From NCBI RefSeq assembly GCF_009834535.1, contig NC_045697.1, positions 115,508,001 to 115,572,000 of the forward strand: 64,000 nucleotides of DNA, read 5' to 3'. Positions within the stretch are counted from its first letter, which is position 1, and each line of letters opens with the position of its first letter. The notes beneath the pieces were generated by a model, which searched no databases, was not told the origin of the DNA, and saw nothing but the letters and a program-made list of their open reading frames with translations. This document shows positions 1 to 13,635 of the stretch, in pieces. This stretch comes from Camelus ferus (Eukaryota). Both the position numbers and the translations under genes were made by a program.

Positions 1-405
1 GCTGGAGAGGAATTAAAAGAAGAGGTATCTGAAATAATTCTGAAAGTTGGAGTGAAGGGCTGGGGTCTGTTACATGAATCTAGGATGTAATGTAACCTTG
101 TCTCTTAAAAGTTAGAATAAGAAAATATTAAAAGTGCTCTTTCTTTGACACATAAATGGCCCATGCCCAAGACAGTGAGGGAGAAAAGCATTTCTGGTGA
201 AGGAGACACAGACTCACAGAGAGCATCTCTTACAAATCACTCATTATACCTATAAGTAGTTTTGTACTAAAAATGTTCATTAGCAACCAATGTCCAATCA
301 GGAAAGTAGACATCATTCAAAGTATTTCAGACCGAGTGAATATTTAATTTAAAGTCTTGTTATGTAGATGTTACCAAGGCTGAAAGAGAAAACCAGAAGC
401 TGGGT

Positions 406-1057
406 TGTATCAGGCGTCCCAGAGACCATGCTAAGGAATGACAATTCACCACCACAATTCACAGGACTCAGGAGAGCTGTTGCTCTCTGGGTGACAATTT
501 ATTACAGTAGACAAATCCTGATTAAAATTACCAAAGGGAAAAGATGAAGCGAAGTCCAGAAGGAAGCAGGCACGAGTTTCCAAATGTCCTCGCCCACTGA
601 AATCGCATGAACACACTTCGTCCTCCCAGTAGTGAAGCGTGACCACATATGCAAAGGGTTGTTAACCAAGGTAGCTCACCAAGCCCTGGTGTACAGGGCT
701 TTTCAGGGAGCCAGGTGGGCAGACATGCAGTGACTGACCTCAGCTGCTCAGACTCTAACACACCAGCGCACAAGTAGGCATTTGCTGTAAGTCACATTAC
801 TAGCATCGAGTATCTAATCAAAGTCTTGTAGCCTCAGACATACAAAAATAAGTGTTTACCCTGAATCACGTCATTAGTATCAACTATCTGATCAAACAGT
901 TACCTCATGTTCCAAGGCCTCCGACATGCAAAAATACTCTTATCTGTTAGAATATGCCAAGGGCTCAGAACTCATCTCCAAGGGAGCCAAGGGCAGATCC
1001 TGGGAATGTGTGGGGTTTGAACAACTCAGGCCTGCTGAGTTAATCCTCTTCTGCATG
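406..1057 (-). mobile_element. Solo LTR, MER21-like (ERVL class)
   Basis: Starts TGTATCAGGCGTCCCAGAGACC and ends CCTGCTGAGTTAATCCTCTTCTGCATG, resembling reverse-strand MER21-family ends. Internal imperfect repeat (~790-850 vs ~865-935). Flanked by TGGGT/TGGGG (probable 5-bp TSD). Confidence 0.6.
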
Positions 1058-3957
1058 TGGGGTAAGCCAGATGCAGTGATCACAGAAGGCAGCAGCTTCT
1101 ACCTCCAGTGCTGGAGGCTCACCCTCTACGTTGCTGGTGCTTGGACAGATTAGGGGGCAGGGTGGGGGTGGGAATGTGAAGTCGAGCTTGGAACCAATGA
1201 AGGATATGTGAGTGCCTGGTCTTGGCCTCCCCGAGGGGCTGCAGCACAGTGCCCCCCCAAAGTGACACGTGGAGCTGCAAGTGGCTTCTTGCCGGAGCAG
1301 CACTATTAAGAATGGAAAATAAGAAGTGTCTTCTCTGCTCCTCCCACTTTCCCATTTCCCTCTAATGATCGCCTTACATTTTTTTCGCTCGAGTTCCTGC
1401 CAAACGGGTCAAATGTAGTGTGCAGACTCCTGCTCCAGCATCAGTAAATAACCATCACACTAACCTAGAGAAAACTACTAGTTAACAACAGGAGCCCCAT
1501 GACTTAAAAAAAAATGTCTTACTTCTACAAAACTGGTCTTTCCATCCTATCTTGACAGCAAAGTTGATGAGAAGTGGTTAGGCAGACAGTGTGGCTTGGA
1601 CCACCAAAAGGGTAAAACCTTCAGTTTTTATAGGAAAGGAGCTTTAAAATCAGATTTCCTAATACAATTAAAAGTTCAGACCAAATATTAGAAACCTTGG
1701 ATTCTTATCAACTCTCTCTATGAGCTCAGTTAACTCACAGTTACCCCTGGTTTCAGAATCCTTATTTGTGAAGCAGATCATAAGAAATGGAAGTTTTGAA
1801 ATGTCTGAACTCTGAAATAACCCACGCAGGACTAGGAGACTCAATCTGGTAAACTGGCAATGCATTGAATTTGTATTCTTTTAAACTGTTTTCATTTTGC
1901 CTTCATAAGGGCATTCTAAGGAAAATTCAATTAGTCTTCACACTGCAGGTGGAAACTAGGGGGCAGACAGATCGGGAAAGTACCACCTGCTCAATATAAC
2001 TGATGGATGATTTATTTTCCTTAAGATTAATGTCTTTAGGTGAAAAGACCATCTACCGTCCTAACATGCCCGCGATCCCTGTGAAGGCAGTATATAACTG
2101 CTAAGCCCCACGTGTTAAGCACACATGTGTTTCCAAATTTCCACCTGTGAAATATCTTCGCAAGGTGTTTACATCCATGTCAGTCCTTTGCTGGTGGAAA
2201 ATAACTTCAGTGTTGGTGATATATAAGAACATCCAGAGAGACATAAGAATTGTTAGCATTCCATTATTTTGACAGATTTTTAACAATATGGAGTCAGAAT
2301 GTCTGAGTAGAGGCTTGGAACATGCAGGTTTACTAAACATTCAGGTTACCACTCAAGGTTATCCAGTGACATCTGATACAAATCCCCAGGTTCCTCTCAC
2401 TGAAGAATGAATGACAACTCTTAACCCAAGTGGTTAAGTGTTCTCTGTTTCATTTCTAGATCTTTGTGCATGTGTTTTAGAGGCTTGAGTTGTTGCTTGT
2501 GTTAAATTATTACTGGCCAAAAAAATTAAAAAAAGAATTGCTCCATGATTGACTTGAAAGGTAAATGTATTACATGCTGCTTCTTGTGAAGTATCACATG
2601 TCCACCCCCTCCTTCCCCCTCCAGTAGTAACTTTGAGACTCTTTGTTTAAATATATCCTCCTGTCTAACAGGTGACACATGCAGAATTGATTTCCAAATC
2701 ACTGATGACAAAGGGAATCAAAGTGAAGAATACTGTTTATGCCTTCAAAGGAAGTTTACAATCAATCATATGTTTTATTTTTTAAGTGGTGTGAAATACT
2801 GTTCTTCCAAAGGGCTGGTTTACATTCTTCTCATTATAGCATTTTCAAGTTATGTTTCATAGTTTAAGAATGATTTGCAAAAATCATTTTGAAGAAGATT
2901 TATGACACTTCTTGTTTTACACCAAAGGGATCATTTCTAGGACACTTCTGGTACATCGCAACCATACACCACGTTGCCAAACCATGCTCTTGTTTACTTA
3001 CCAGATTTTGGACTTTATATAGAAACATGTTGAAGCATTGTTATGTTCAGGACTCAATTCTTTCTTAACTTCAACAAAAGCAAATCAGATTAACACGTGG
3101 TAGACTTGGTCTTTTCTCTCTTAGTTACTGGATAGAATGAACGTGCTTGACAGATGTGTGACCTGGGTGGAATCTGGCTTTCTCTCACGGTTTGCAGTTT
3201 GGACTCTTCCTTGATGAAACTGAGCATAGCTTTTGGAGGGATGTTGTATGTTTTTAAGAGAAGAAGCTTGGCTTGTAGCTTTGAAACTAGTTTAATTCTT
3301 TATTCTCCATTGGAAATATTTCATGGACCCTTTCTCACTGTAAGGATGTATTCTTGTAGCAAATCAACATTGACTTTCTGTACAGATACTTGAAAAATAT
3401 ATGTTTGTGTATCCCTAACCTGGCTGGACAGTCTCCCTGTCACCAGGCCTTTTTGTTTGTTGTGAAGCACTGTGAATTTTACTTCTTTCTAAAAATTTTG
3501 TGATAAGATTTTAATTTGCTATTAGATAAATCTGACTTTAAAGTATGAATAACATAAAATATTTATTCTCTCTTCACTCTTTACTTATTTGACTATTTTC
3601 ACCATTTAATTTCTATTTTTTCGTAGTTAATCGAATCTTTTAGAAAATTTCCTTCTTATTTGTATTGTACCTAATTCTTTAAAATCTTTCATGCTTTAAA
3701 GCATCATAAGGCAGTTTTTTATCACAAGTAAAATATGTTTTATGAAAAAATAGCACATTTTATCTTCCTGCAAGTTTTTCATCATGTTTTGTTCACTCTT
3801 TATATCTTTTTCAGTGTACTGAGAACTTGTCTTTATTTTCCAAATTGCTAAGTGATTTTTTTTGTTGTTATCAACTTTCTTACTACCTATCAAGGTAATT
3901 TTTGTATTTAAAAAAACTTAAAAAGCATATCTTTATGTTTTCTCTCTTACTTACTTG

Positions 3958-3959
3958 TT

Positions 3960-3998
<39 letters not shown>

Positions 3999-4020
3999 CT
4001 CTTTCTCTCTTTTCTTTCTC
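3958..4020 (+). repeat. (TTTC)n microsatellite
   Basis: 10 perfect TTTC units followed by degenerate CT-rich sequence. The paralogous tract at 30617 has 8 perfect units. Confidence 0.9.
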
Positions 4021-5263
4021 TTTTATGGGGTTTGAGGCTTACAGTTAGGTTTTAAATGCTTTTAAGAATTAAGATAAATAAAATAAGAAAGACACAGGCA
4101 GACAGACAGAGAAACAGACAGATATATTTCTTCAGCACTTCAGATTCTGTAGTTTGGACAGATAATCCAATTTGTTTCTCCAAATTCAATGATGCCATTG
4201 AGAGGACAGTTATTTTATTTCCATTGAAGAAAATAATCCATCAATACACTATTTTGTATATTAAGTTTGGGTGATATCTGTGTTTCCTTCTCTCAGTGGG
4301 TTAATAACATATTTTATACACATAATTGTGTGCAGTTTTACAAAGGTGAACACATAATTCTCACTCATCACGTGGCCTTCTGTGCACTTGGAAAGGGATT
4401 GTTTCTGATTTTCTTCTGTGCTCCAACTGCATTAAAGCTCTCCTGCTCTACTATCAGTACGGAATTTTCAAAGTGAGAATATTTACCCTACATTGTGTTA
4501 TTTAAATACAAATTTCTCATTCATGATACAGTGTATCAGCTTTTTTATAGAGATGCTCTGGTTCTGTTTCTGATTCACTCACCTCTTGATTGAAGATCTC
4601 TTAGTTGAGATCAGTATGGACTTATATCAAGCAGCTCTTAACTTGTCAGATAGGAAAAAAAATCTAATAATAACAAACTCTACAGTGACTGTGTCCTGAA
4701 TATCAGTGAGATATGGTAGCAATATCAAATAACAAAATCAAAGTTTTGAAAGTAACTTCAAAACTAACGTAGCTTGATCCAACTTCCTATCTGATTCTTT
4801 AATGTCCGTTACCGCATGCCCATTAAGGGTTTGGCAAATTCCGGGCTCGAAGATGTCTAGAGAAGGAAAACGTCCAGAAAGGAAACATGTTTTCTTTCAT
4901 GCTGACCCAAGGCTTTGCTGCACCACAGCTTCTGCTGACTGGTGCTGTTTGTAGCTCTTTGAACCTAACAGAACGATGCCAATCCTTCCTTCATGCAACA
5001 GACACCCTTATAAATATTTGAGGGAAAGACTGTATTGTCCTTTTGTATATAAACCTTTTCAAATTTGAACAACCAGTCATGATGTTTTTAAGTCCATTCA
5101 TCATTCTAGTCCCAGTCCTCTGTGACCATTACAGTTGAGCTGGACTGTTTTCTTCCATTAAAAAAAATTTGGTTTTCTGTCATTGAAAGGCTGATGTCAT
5201 ATTGATGTTACTTACACTCAATTACATGGCAGTTTTGTATCGGAATTATTCCCCCAAAGCCCC

Positions 5264-5750
5264 TGGGCAGGCAGAATAATGCGCCCTCCCTGAAGATGTC
5301 ACACCCTAATCCCCTGAACCTGTGACTGTGTGACTCTGCACGGCACAGAGACTTTGCAGTGGGGTGAGGCTAAGGGACTTAAGATAGGGAGGTGGTCCCG
5401 GACTAGCTGGGTGGGCCCCAGGTAATTACGGGATCCTTACTACAGGGAGGCAGTGGGATCAGAGTCGGAGAAGGAGATGTGACAACAGAGACAAAAGTCA
5501 GAGTGATGCTATTTCTGGAAGGGAGCCAACAGCCAAGGAGCACAGGCAGCCCCTGGAAGCTGGAAAAGAGAAGGAAAGGACCCTCTCCCAGAGTCTCCAG
5601 AGAATGTACTGCTGCTGGAACCTGGATTTGATCCCTCGTAAGAAAAACGTTTGGACTTCTAACCTTCCAACTGTAAGATAATAAATTTGCGTTATTTTAT
5701 GCTACTGAACTTATGATAATTTGTTATGGCACTGGTAGAGAACTAATGTA
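5264..5750 (+). mobile_element. MaLR solo LTR, MLT1D-like
   Basis: Starts TGGGCAGGCAGAATAATG...AAGATGTC...CCTAATCCC...AACCTGTGA and ends ATAATTTGTTATGGCA...GAACTAATGTA, typical of MLT1C/D; ~490 bp. Confidence 0.8.
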
Positions 5751-6339
5751 ATTCCTAAATCACCTTCATCCATAGTGCTTCTAAGTCATGTGGTACTTAA
5801 GCAATTTATCGTTAGAAACCCTATAAAGCAAGTTATATTCAATTCTTTTAAAGTTTTAGCTTATTGGATTGATCTCATCTCTCCATTCTTTTAATACATT
5901 TTAAATGCTGAATTTTGACTTTGATTATGAGCCTTATCACTTTTGTTCCTCCTGAAACTTGGTAGCGTACCTTATGTTATATAACCATGACGCTGGAATG
6001 AATGTTTCTTTTGCGTCATCTACCACCCGCATTGATCACTCTCTGCTTTCGAGGAAGGACCTAGCTGTGAGCTAACGCTACACTCTCCTTCCTCTCTCTA
6101 TAGCAAAGGACTGGAGTTCTAGTTCTTTTCCTTCTCACAATATCAGGAAAAATAAGAAGGAAAAAAAAATGTTGACTGTTTTCCAGAAGGAATCTGAGAC
6201 TCCAGAACCACATCAAAATACAAGGTTACCACCTAATTGACCAAAATTCTAACTGCAGAGTATGACGTTTTGCAGGAGAATTGTTCTGTCAATAAAAGAA
6301 CTTAGTTTATTGGGAATGAAACAAAAGGATTGATGCACA

Positions 6340-6545
6340 ACATGAGCCAATCATATGCCGTTTGTCAGGCATTTGTAGGAAGCGTTTTTCCACGTGATGC
6401 ATGTTTAACCCCCACAACCTCCACCTGTTTGGTAGGTGTTGTCTTCATATATGAAATTACTAACCAATGGTTAGACAACAACTTGGTTAACAATTACATA
6501 GCTGTCTATAAATGTTGGAGGTGGGAATCAAACCCTCCTGATGCT
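6340..6545 (-). mobile_element. MIR SINE fragment
   Basis: TTTAACCCCACAACC...GTAGGTGTTGTCTTCAT...GGTGGGAATCAAACCC follows the reverse MIR core layout; heavily degenerate. Confidence 0.5.
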
Positions 6546-8124
6546 TTATCTTTTACTATCATTATTATTATTACTATAATTCTACAAATAAAAATACTTG
6601 AAATATGTTACTATCCAGATTTTTCTAGCAAGGAAATTGTTATAACTATTCTAAATAAACTCCAGGATTTAAAATTTGGAATATACAATAAGACAGAAAA
6701 TATCTCTCAAAACACAAAAGTATCCGGAGAGAAAAACAGAAAAATCAGCAACTACTTTTTTTTATAATTTTGTTAACAAAGTGTTGGTCAGTTGGTGAGC
6801 TCTTAATCAAGTCTTTATTCCTTTCGTTGACCTAAATATCTTAGCTGAAAAACATATTTGTTTTAGTCTCATCCTGGATTAAAACAGTTTTAAGCTGACA
6901 TGCACATCTTAGAAAAAAAACACATTTCCTGAATAGAACGTTCATCAAATATCAATTTTAAAAAATGAGCCTGTATCTTTAAATTGTTGGGGTCACTGTA
7001 ATTATCCACCTTGATTTTTTGGGAGACAGAATTGAAATTTTAAAAAAATAGATGTAATGTCACATGGGTTGGGTATTACTGGGTTGTGCTCCACGAACAA
7101 TTAGTTGCTATGCAACAATACTTCGAGCAGTAACTGAAAGTATTTTTTGATAAAATAATTTTTTTTTAAATATTCTGGCTGGACTCAAGCTATGAATATA
7201 TACATAAGAAGTATTCAGCCTGACTCAAGCCCTGATCTTACTTGTATGGACCTTTAAAGATACCTTGGTCACAAGAAGGAAGAGTGCTCTGGCTGTGAAT
7301 TCTGCATCAGTATGAGCTTTAAATGTGTTTGTCTCTTCGAAGAGAAAAGATGGCAGTTGGAATAATGGTATCTGGTGTTTATCACCCAACCCTGAGAAAC
7401 TCAATACACTACAAAGTTACCTTTCCTATAAAGTAAAACATCTTTATTTTAGCAAAATAGAAACCAAATAAGCTGGTAAATATGATCACCAAGTCAAAAT
7501 GTCAATTTGCTAATGGAGGAAGTAGAAATACAGGGTTAATGTTCAGCATGATTGAAATAAGCAACAATTTACTTTAAAGGAACATGAGCAAATCCACTAG
7601 AGGATCAAGACTTGGTGAAAAATGAGATAGTGATTTTCAGGAAGAGGATATCTATAAAACAGCTCAGCTTCTCCTCGGAAATCAGATGCCCTATTACTGT
7701 AATCCAGTATAGTACAAGGCGTGTTCTTGACATACTTCCACAACCATAGTTAGCAATTTCACACCTTACTATTGTGTCAGCATGACTGTAACTTCGGAAA
7801 TGATTGCAAAGGTACTTTTCTCCCTTTTTTCTCATCCACGGTGATTTTTATTTCTGGGGAAAAAAAATGAACAAATCATACAGTGTTATATAATTTTATT
7901 TCTTAAAAAACCCATATATTTTTGAAATATGTGAGAATGGCCCTATTTACTCCACTGTCTTTATATATGCTATGTTCAAGAATGAGTGAATGGGCTTAAA
8001 ATACACAAAAATATACATATATTAAGTTATAGATATTTTCCCTTCAAGTTTTCTATACTTTATTAGTTTGTGATACTATAATTTTGTACTTGTAACACAT
8101 ATAAAATGCATTTGCATGGTTTAA

Positions 8125-8310
8125 AACACTGTGCTTGAAATCAGGAAGCCTGGTTGGTGCTTCAGCTCTGCCTCTTACAAGCTGTATGATTTGGAGGAAA
8201 CATTTATCTTCTTAAGCTTGTTTGATCATCTGTAGGTTGAGCATATTAGTATCTATCATGTTTGATTTCTACAGTGATTAGTTTGAAACAGATAAAATGA
8301 TATAAAATTA
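8125..8310 (+). mobile_element. MIR SINE fragment
   Basis: GAAATCAGGAAGCCTGG...CAGCTCTGCCTCTTACAAGCTGTATGATTTGGAG...CATCTGTAG matches the MIR core. Confidence 0.55.
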
Positions 8311-8694
8311 AATTATATATCAATCACACTTGATGAATCAAGTAATGATGCAAGTCAGATTAAGTTCAAATTTTAGAGTGTATGATCATAGGAGTTCAAA
8401 AACAGCAGAAGTCTTTTTGTTTTGATTGTTTTGTCAAGATGACCTTAGAAGGACTGCTAGTTTATCTAAAAGATTCAAATGGAGAGAACATTCCTATTCT
8501 AGGGAACAACACAAGCAAAAATGTATAATCAGAAAAGACAACCATGCTTGGGAGCTGTGGATAAATTATCCTTCTTGGAATAAAACGTTTATGGTGATTA
8601 ACAGGAGTGACATGGTTGAAAAGACTGGAAAAAGGCAGATGGGATTTTGTAGGGCTTTGATGTCAAGTAAGAGCTTCATGATTATTCAGGCGAA

Positions 8695-8820
8695 AAAGGA
8701 AGTGAAAGATGGAAGAAAGGAAGACAAAGGAAGGAAGGAAGGAGAGAGGGAGAGAGGGAGGGAGGGAGGGGAAAAACATAAGGGAGACAACCATGAGGGA
8801 GGAAAGGGACAAGAGAAAGT
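8695..8820 (+). repeat. GA-rich low-complexity polypurine tract with (GGGA)n
   Basis: GGAA, GAGA and GGGA repeats directly visible; paralogue at ~35350-35473. Confidence 0.85.
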
Positions 8821-11800
8821 AAATGACATGCATTAATGTCTTGCTCTGTGACAAGTCCTTTCATATAATCTCAGGTACATGATCACCATAGACAATTTCC
8901 TCTATACTATACTTTCTATAATTAAGAGAAATTATCCAGTGTGCCAAAGCCACCGCGTGAAAATATTGATAATAGTAATGTTTTGTGCTTAGTCCTAACC
9001 ACACATTCGCTGCCCCTTTGCTGTGCATACTGGCTCTCTCTGTAACTTGCAGGTGAGGAAGGGTTTTGTGTGGGATAATAGAAGTGCCATGCAAGGATAT
9101 TAATGACAGCTCATCCGACTGTACTGTCATATCAGCATATAACGTGTTTCATTTTCCTAAACTGCTCACAGACATTAGAGGGGAAAAAAAGGCATTAAAT
9201 CAAAAAGCAAAACCTGTTACAACTTAGCATATTGTGAGTAGCTTTAGAAAATCTTACTCAAAATGGTATTTAGCATAAGGACCAGCCTCCTCAGAGATTT
9301 CAAAGGGTTGATTAAGAATGACATTTTTTCTTCACATAACCATCTGCTCAGAGACATGGAAATAATCCCCTGACCTGTACTCAGATGCCCTGGTTACATA
9401 CCCATTTTATCAGTTCAAGACCTTTGGGATTTTCGCCAAGATTCTTCTAAATAAGAGGCCAGATAACTCTCCTTTGATTTTATTATCTCCATGTTACCCA
9501 CTTAAAAATTGTATTCAGAAATGAAAACCAGAGACAAGTAATATAATACAGAAGATAAAGAGATGCATTCCAGAATATGAATGGTTTTTCCAATTTATAT
9601 CGAGATAGGAGGCAAAGTTCTTCTTACATAACTCTGCCAAGGCCGCCAGGAATCATGGCCCTCTAAGACAAGCTCTCTTCTGAGAGTCCGGGGATCACAC
9701 ACAGCCAAGGCTCAGTAGGGTCTTCCACTTCTCAGGTGAAAACCAGAGCCTGGTCCACAAAATCATGTGTTGTCTCAGCGTCTTCCCCATTTTCTATACC
9801 AACAACTCATCCCCGAGATGACTAGAGCTTATTTCTAAGCCCCTTCTTGTCCATATAGATCTGTTTAAAAGAATACTCATTTTTCAAAGGAATTACCAAT
9901 TAAGATTCAACTCTATGTTATTTTTATTTGCAATAAATTGCCTTTTTTCTTTCTCAATAAGTATCTTTACTTCATTCTAGATCGATACTGGTTAGTACAT
10001 CAGAATGTAAATGAGTACTCCACAGATAATCATAATAAGGTTTTAACTTTCCTTCTGAATAAAGGGGAAAATTATATGAAGCTAATATCATATTTCTTTT
10101 TTAAAATTAGATTTGCCTTTCAAAAGGCAAATAATCAAATAAGTGTCTCAATCAAGCAGAACTACTTTGATTTGTAACTCAACGTTTATATAAGAAATTT
10201 AACATCATTGACCAGTCACTCTCTGAAACTCTTATTTTGATTTTAAGATATCACTTATCTTTCTCCCTATCTGATTGCTCTTCCTCAGGAGAATTTGTAA
10301 ATTTTCTTTATATACATTCCCTTAAATGCATTTTTGTCCCCCATAATCTGTCTTAGACCTTTATCTCTTCTTTCATGACAAACCAGCCTCATAGCTTTAC
10401 CTACAAACATGCTACTGAATTCAAATTTATTCTCTATTCTAAATCTCTCTCTTGAATTCCCGTCATACCTTTCCCTCTTAAGTATTTCACATCTAGTTCA
10501 ACTCAACATGTCCCACTCAGCTGGATGTTTCCACAGCTTGTGTGAAGAAACCAAATTTATCACTTGACATCTTGCTGTTTGCTTAATTTTTTTCCTTCTG
10601 TCCATTAGAATATCAACTCTCAGGGAGCAATGTGTGATTTCCAACTGATATTACAACCAAAAATAATTCTGATATAGCAGAGAGGAAGGAGACAGTTCCA
10701 ATGAGAAGAAAGTGGTAGAGGGTACCCAACTACATTTAAGAATATCAACCGATGTTACAACTCAGTATTTACCACCAGTACCAGCTGACATGAGATGATT
10801 TACTCCACTGTCAGTCTAAACCATCAAAAATAAAAGAATTTCTTACCAAGAAGATTGAAGAAGAAAGTAAACTCTTCATTTCCATTTTAGCCCACAACCT
10901 AATTAAATAAGAGAGCTAGAATAAAAGAATGTAATTTAAAATGTAGTGACAGACAGAGAAAAATGCAATAAGATACAAAGGAGAAGTCTATGAGATGGTT
11001 CTTGATTATCAGTATTATATAATGGCTGGCAGACTTCCTTACTACAGCCTTGGATCCACAGGCTAGTGATCTAGCCCTTGAATCAGAGAGGAAAATAATT
11101 GTATTTTATAAAGCTAAACTTATTCAAGTGGAAGACTGGAAACTTCCTGTTATCTCTGAATAACAGAGAAGCATTAAGGGAGCAATAATGAACAGTAGGC
11201 CTCGTGTGTCCTGGGTTAATGAATTGCTGGTCTAAATAGTTCCATCAAAGTGGGCCGATATTGATGTGCCTTTAGAAAGACAGATGGGATATTGCATGTG
11301 TCATTCAATGTAATGAATTGTCAGGGAGGAAAAAAAAAATCTCCAGAATGTGTATAATCATTTATGAGCAGTGAAGGAGGAAACTAAATTATAAGGAGAT
11401 GTATTTCAATTCAGCTAAGAAAGCAAAAACATTTTTGAGTGTACAAAAAAAAGTGTTTTTAGGAATCAGTTATTTTACAGAAATTAGCTGTTTCCAAAAT
11501 GACTCATGTTGAATCTGAGTATCTGAATACAGACTGATGGTCTCATTACAACATGTTTCCAAAAAAAAAGTTACAATTCACTACGGAAAAAAAAGGTGTG
11601 TGTGTTGAGGGGAGGGGGTTTCAGATACTATAGTCAGAATGAAGACTAAATCTGAGGTATCCAGGAGGAATACACAGATATCAAGGACTATGTCTGAGTC
11701 ATCTTTGCATCTTGAATGCCCAGCACAGAATACAGTTAATATGTGCTTGAATAAATGAAGCAGGACAGAACAGAATTCTAAAAAATGAGGCTTTTTAACA

Positions 11801-12912
11801 AAACTGTGTGCCAAAGATTTTTACATTCACAGTTACATTTGTATTTCCCATTTACATTAATCCTTGACAACCCCGCAAGGTAGGTTTTATTATGCCCATC
11901 TTCAAAAGAGAACAGTGAGGTTCAGGCAGGCAATAGTTGTTTTGCAAAGTCAGCATCAATGTAGCTCATATGTGGCTGAACTGTGTAGGAGTGTATCCCC
12001 TATTATCCAATTGTCTAACTGATTTAAACTCCCTCTTTCAATCTCTCTTTAAATTGCAGTAAAGCTCATTGCAAACTGACGTGTTAGAAAATGTTTTAGA
12101 GCAGTCATTCCCAAATCTCCAAGTAAGCCAGTTTCCTTGGTGACATCATCAGATTAAATGAAATGGGAAATAAGTACTAAATATATGACCAGAAGTTTAA
12201 TGCTTCTTTTTAATTGGAGGGCAGGGTAAAATTAAGGAAAGGATTGCTTGGCATTTTTATTGCAAATATTTCTTTCTGCCTCCTTGACCCACCCTCTGTG
12301 GAAATTATATATACTCAACTTGATTTCAACATTTAGTAAAACAGCTGTGAAATAGCATTCCATTTCACAGTAGGTTGATGAAAAGAGATGCCCATTGCAG
12401 AAAAAAAAAAAAAATAACAAAGAAGTTGCTAAGACTGCTTAAAAAATAACTAAAAAGGTGTGACTAGAGAATTGATCTAAGTTGGGTATGTTTCAAGTGT
12501 TGATTTCAGCAGGGAGATCCAGTATCTTTCAGTCCTTACTCTCACTGTCCCCTGAACTCCAATACAGAGTTCATGACCATGTACTCATAACCCCCAACAT
12601 ATCTCAGGAGATTTAACTGTGCTTTCTTTAGCCAGTAGATCGTAGACTTAGGACTTGTCTCTATGATGTAAGAAGTTAATTTCCCACCAAAAAAAAAAAA
12701 AAAATGGTATTAATCTTGACATTTTCATCCATTTGATAGAATTTATTAGGTGTGATGTATCAGTCACTGTTCTGGGTATGGGATATATAGAGTGAAAAAA
12801 AAAAAATAGACCAAAGCTCTGACTTTGGGGAGCTTACATTCCAACAGGAGGAGACAGTAAATAAGGTAAAGATCAAGACAGGGCTGTAAATGGGCCCACT
12901 TTAGAATAGATT

Positions 12913-13459
12913 TGTTAGGTAGTTAGGTAAGTGGGGGCACCAGGCAGACAGGTGGAGGAGAGAGAGGATGGTCTGGAAGATGGCATTGTGCCCAACTCCA
13001 GCATTAAGGGGGCGTTACTTCCTCTAAACAAGTGCCAGCAAGAAACCAGTTAGAACTGGAGAGCCGTAACTTCACAGTAGCGACAAGGACCTAACCGGAC
13101 ATGACCCAAGGCTCATTGTAATATAATTAACATTGTGGTTTAGCCCCCATCATGGGCTTTCTGTGTGCATATGGGTAAGAACATGCACAAAGGGGACAAA
13201 CATGACTGAGCATTCCCAGGGCAAGAGCTGTCAACCAATCAAGAGACCCCCCTCTAAGTGAGGGTGTAAGAGGAGGGGGCAAAGACCACTGCTATCCACC
13301 CTTGGATCAGCCCCCCCCATTCTTGAAGGTGTACTTTTCCTTTGCTTAATAAAACCTTTAAAATCTTTCGCTACACAACGCTTCCGTCTCCTGTCTGAAA
13401 TCTTCTCTTTCGAGTAAAACAAGAATTGGGGTCTTTTCCCTTCCCCCTTTGGGGTAACA
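12913..13459 (+). mobile_element. ERV1-class solo LTR (family A)
   Basis: TGTTAGG...GGTAACA termini, CCAAT (~13234), AATAAA (~13348), 4-bp TSD GATT/GGTT. Homologous to the reverse complement of 53819-54371. Confidence 0.85.
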
Positions 13460-13635
13460 GGTTCATCAGGGAAGGCCTTAGGGATGAGCTGACTTTTGAA
13501 TAAAGACTTGCCAGAAGGGAGGGCTTGAGTCCTGTGATTAGCTAGTGGAAAAGCATCCAGCCAGAAGAAACAGTCAGTGCTTACTTGATGTGAAGTGGCA
13601 CTGACTGTATTCAAGGAAGAGCATGGAGGGCAGCG

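Noticed and set aside
1951..1968. CTCF-like motif GGAAACTAGGGGGCAG
   Set aside because: Lacks the conserved CC of the core (CCACNAGGGGGC); too weak without data.
2040..2104. Possible plus-strand terminal exon (EKTIYRPNMPAIPVKAVYNC*)
   Set aside because: No recognisable homology or partner exons; compatible with chance.
2869..2888. Hairpin AATGATTT-GCAA-AAATCATT
   Set aside because: An 8-bp AT-rich stem is expected by chance in DNA of this composition.
4583..4641. Minus-strand exon ending in the strong donor GAG|GTGAGT
   Set aside because: Stop codons in all frames for both plausible acceptors; no other support.
4812..4965. Possible minus-strand coding exon (AG...GT bounded, CpG-containing)
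   Set aside because: All three frames contain stop codons.
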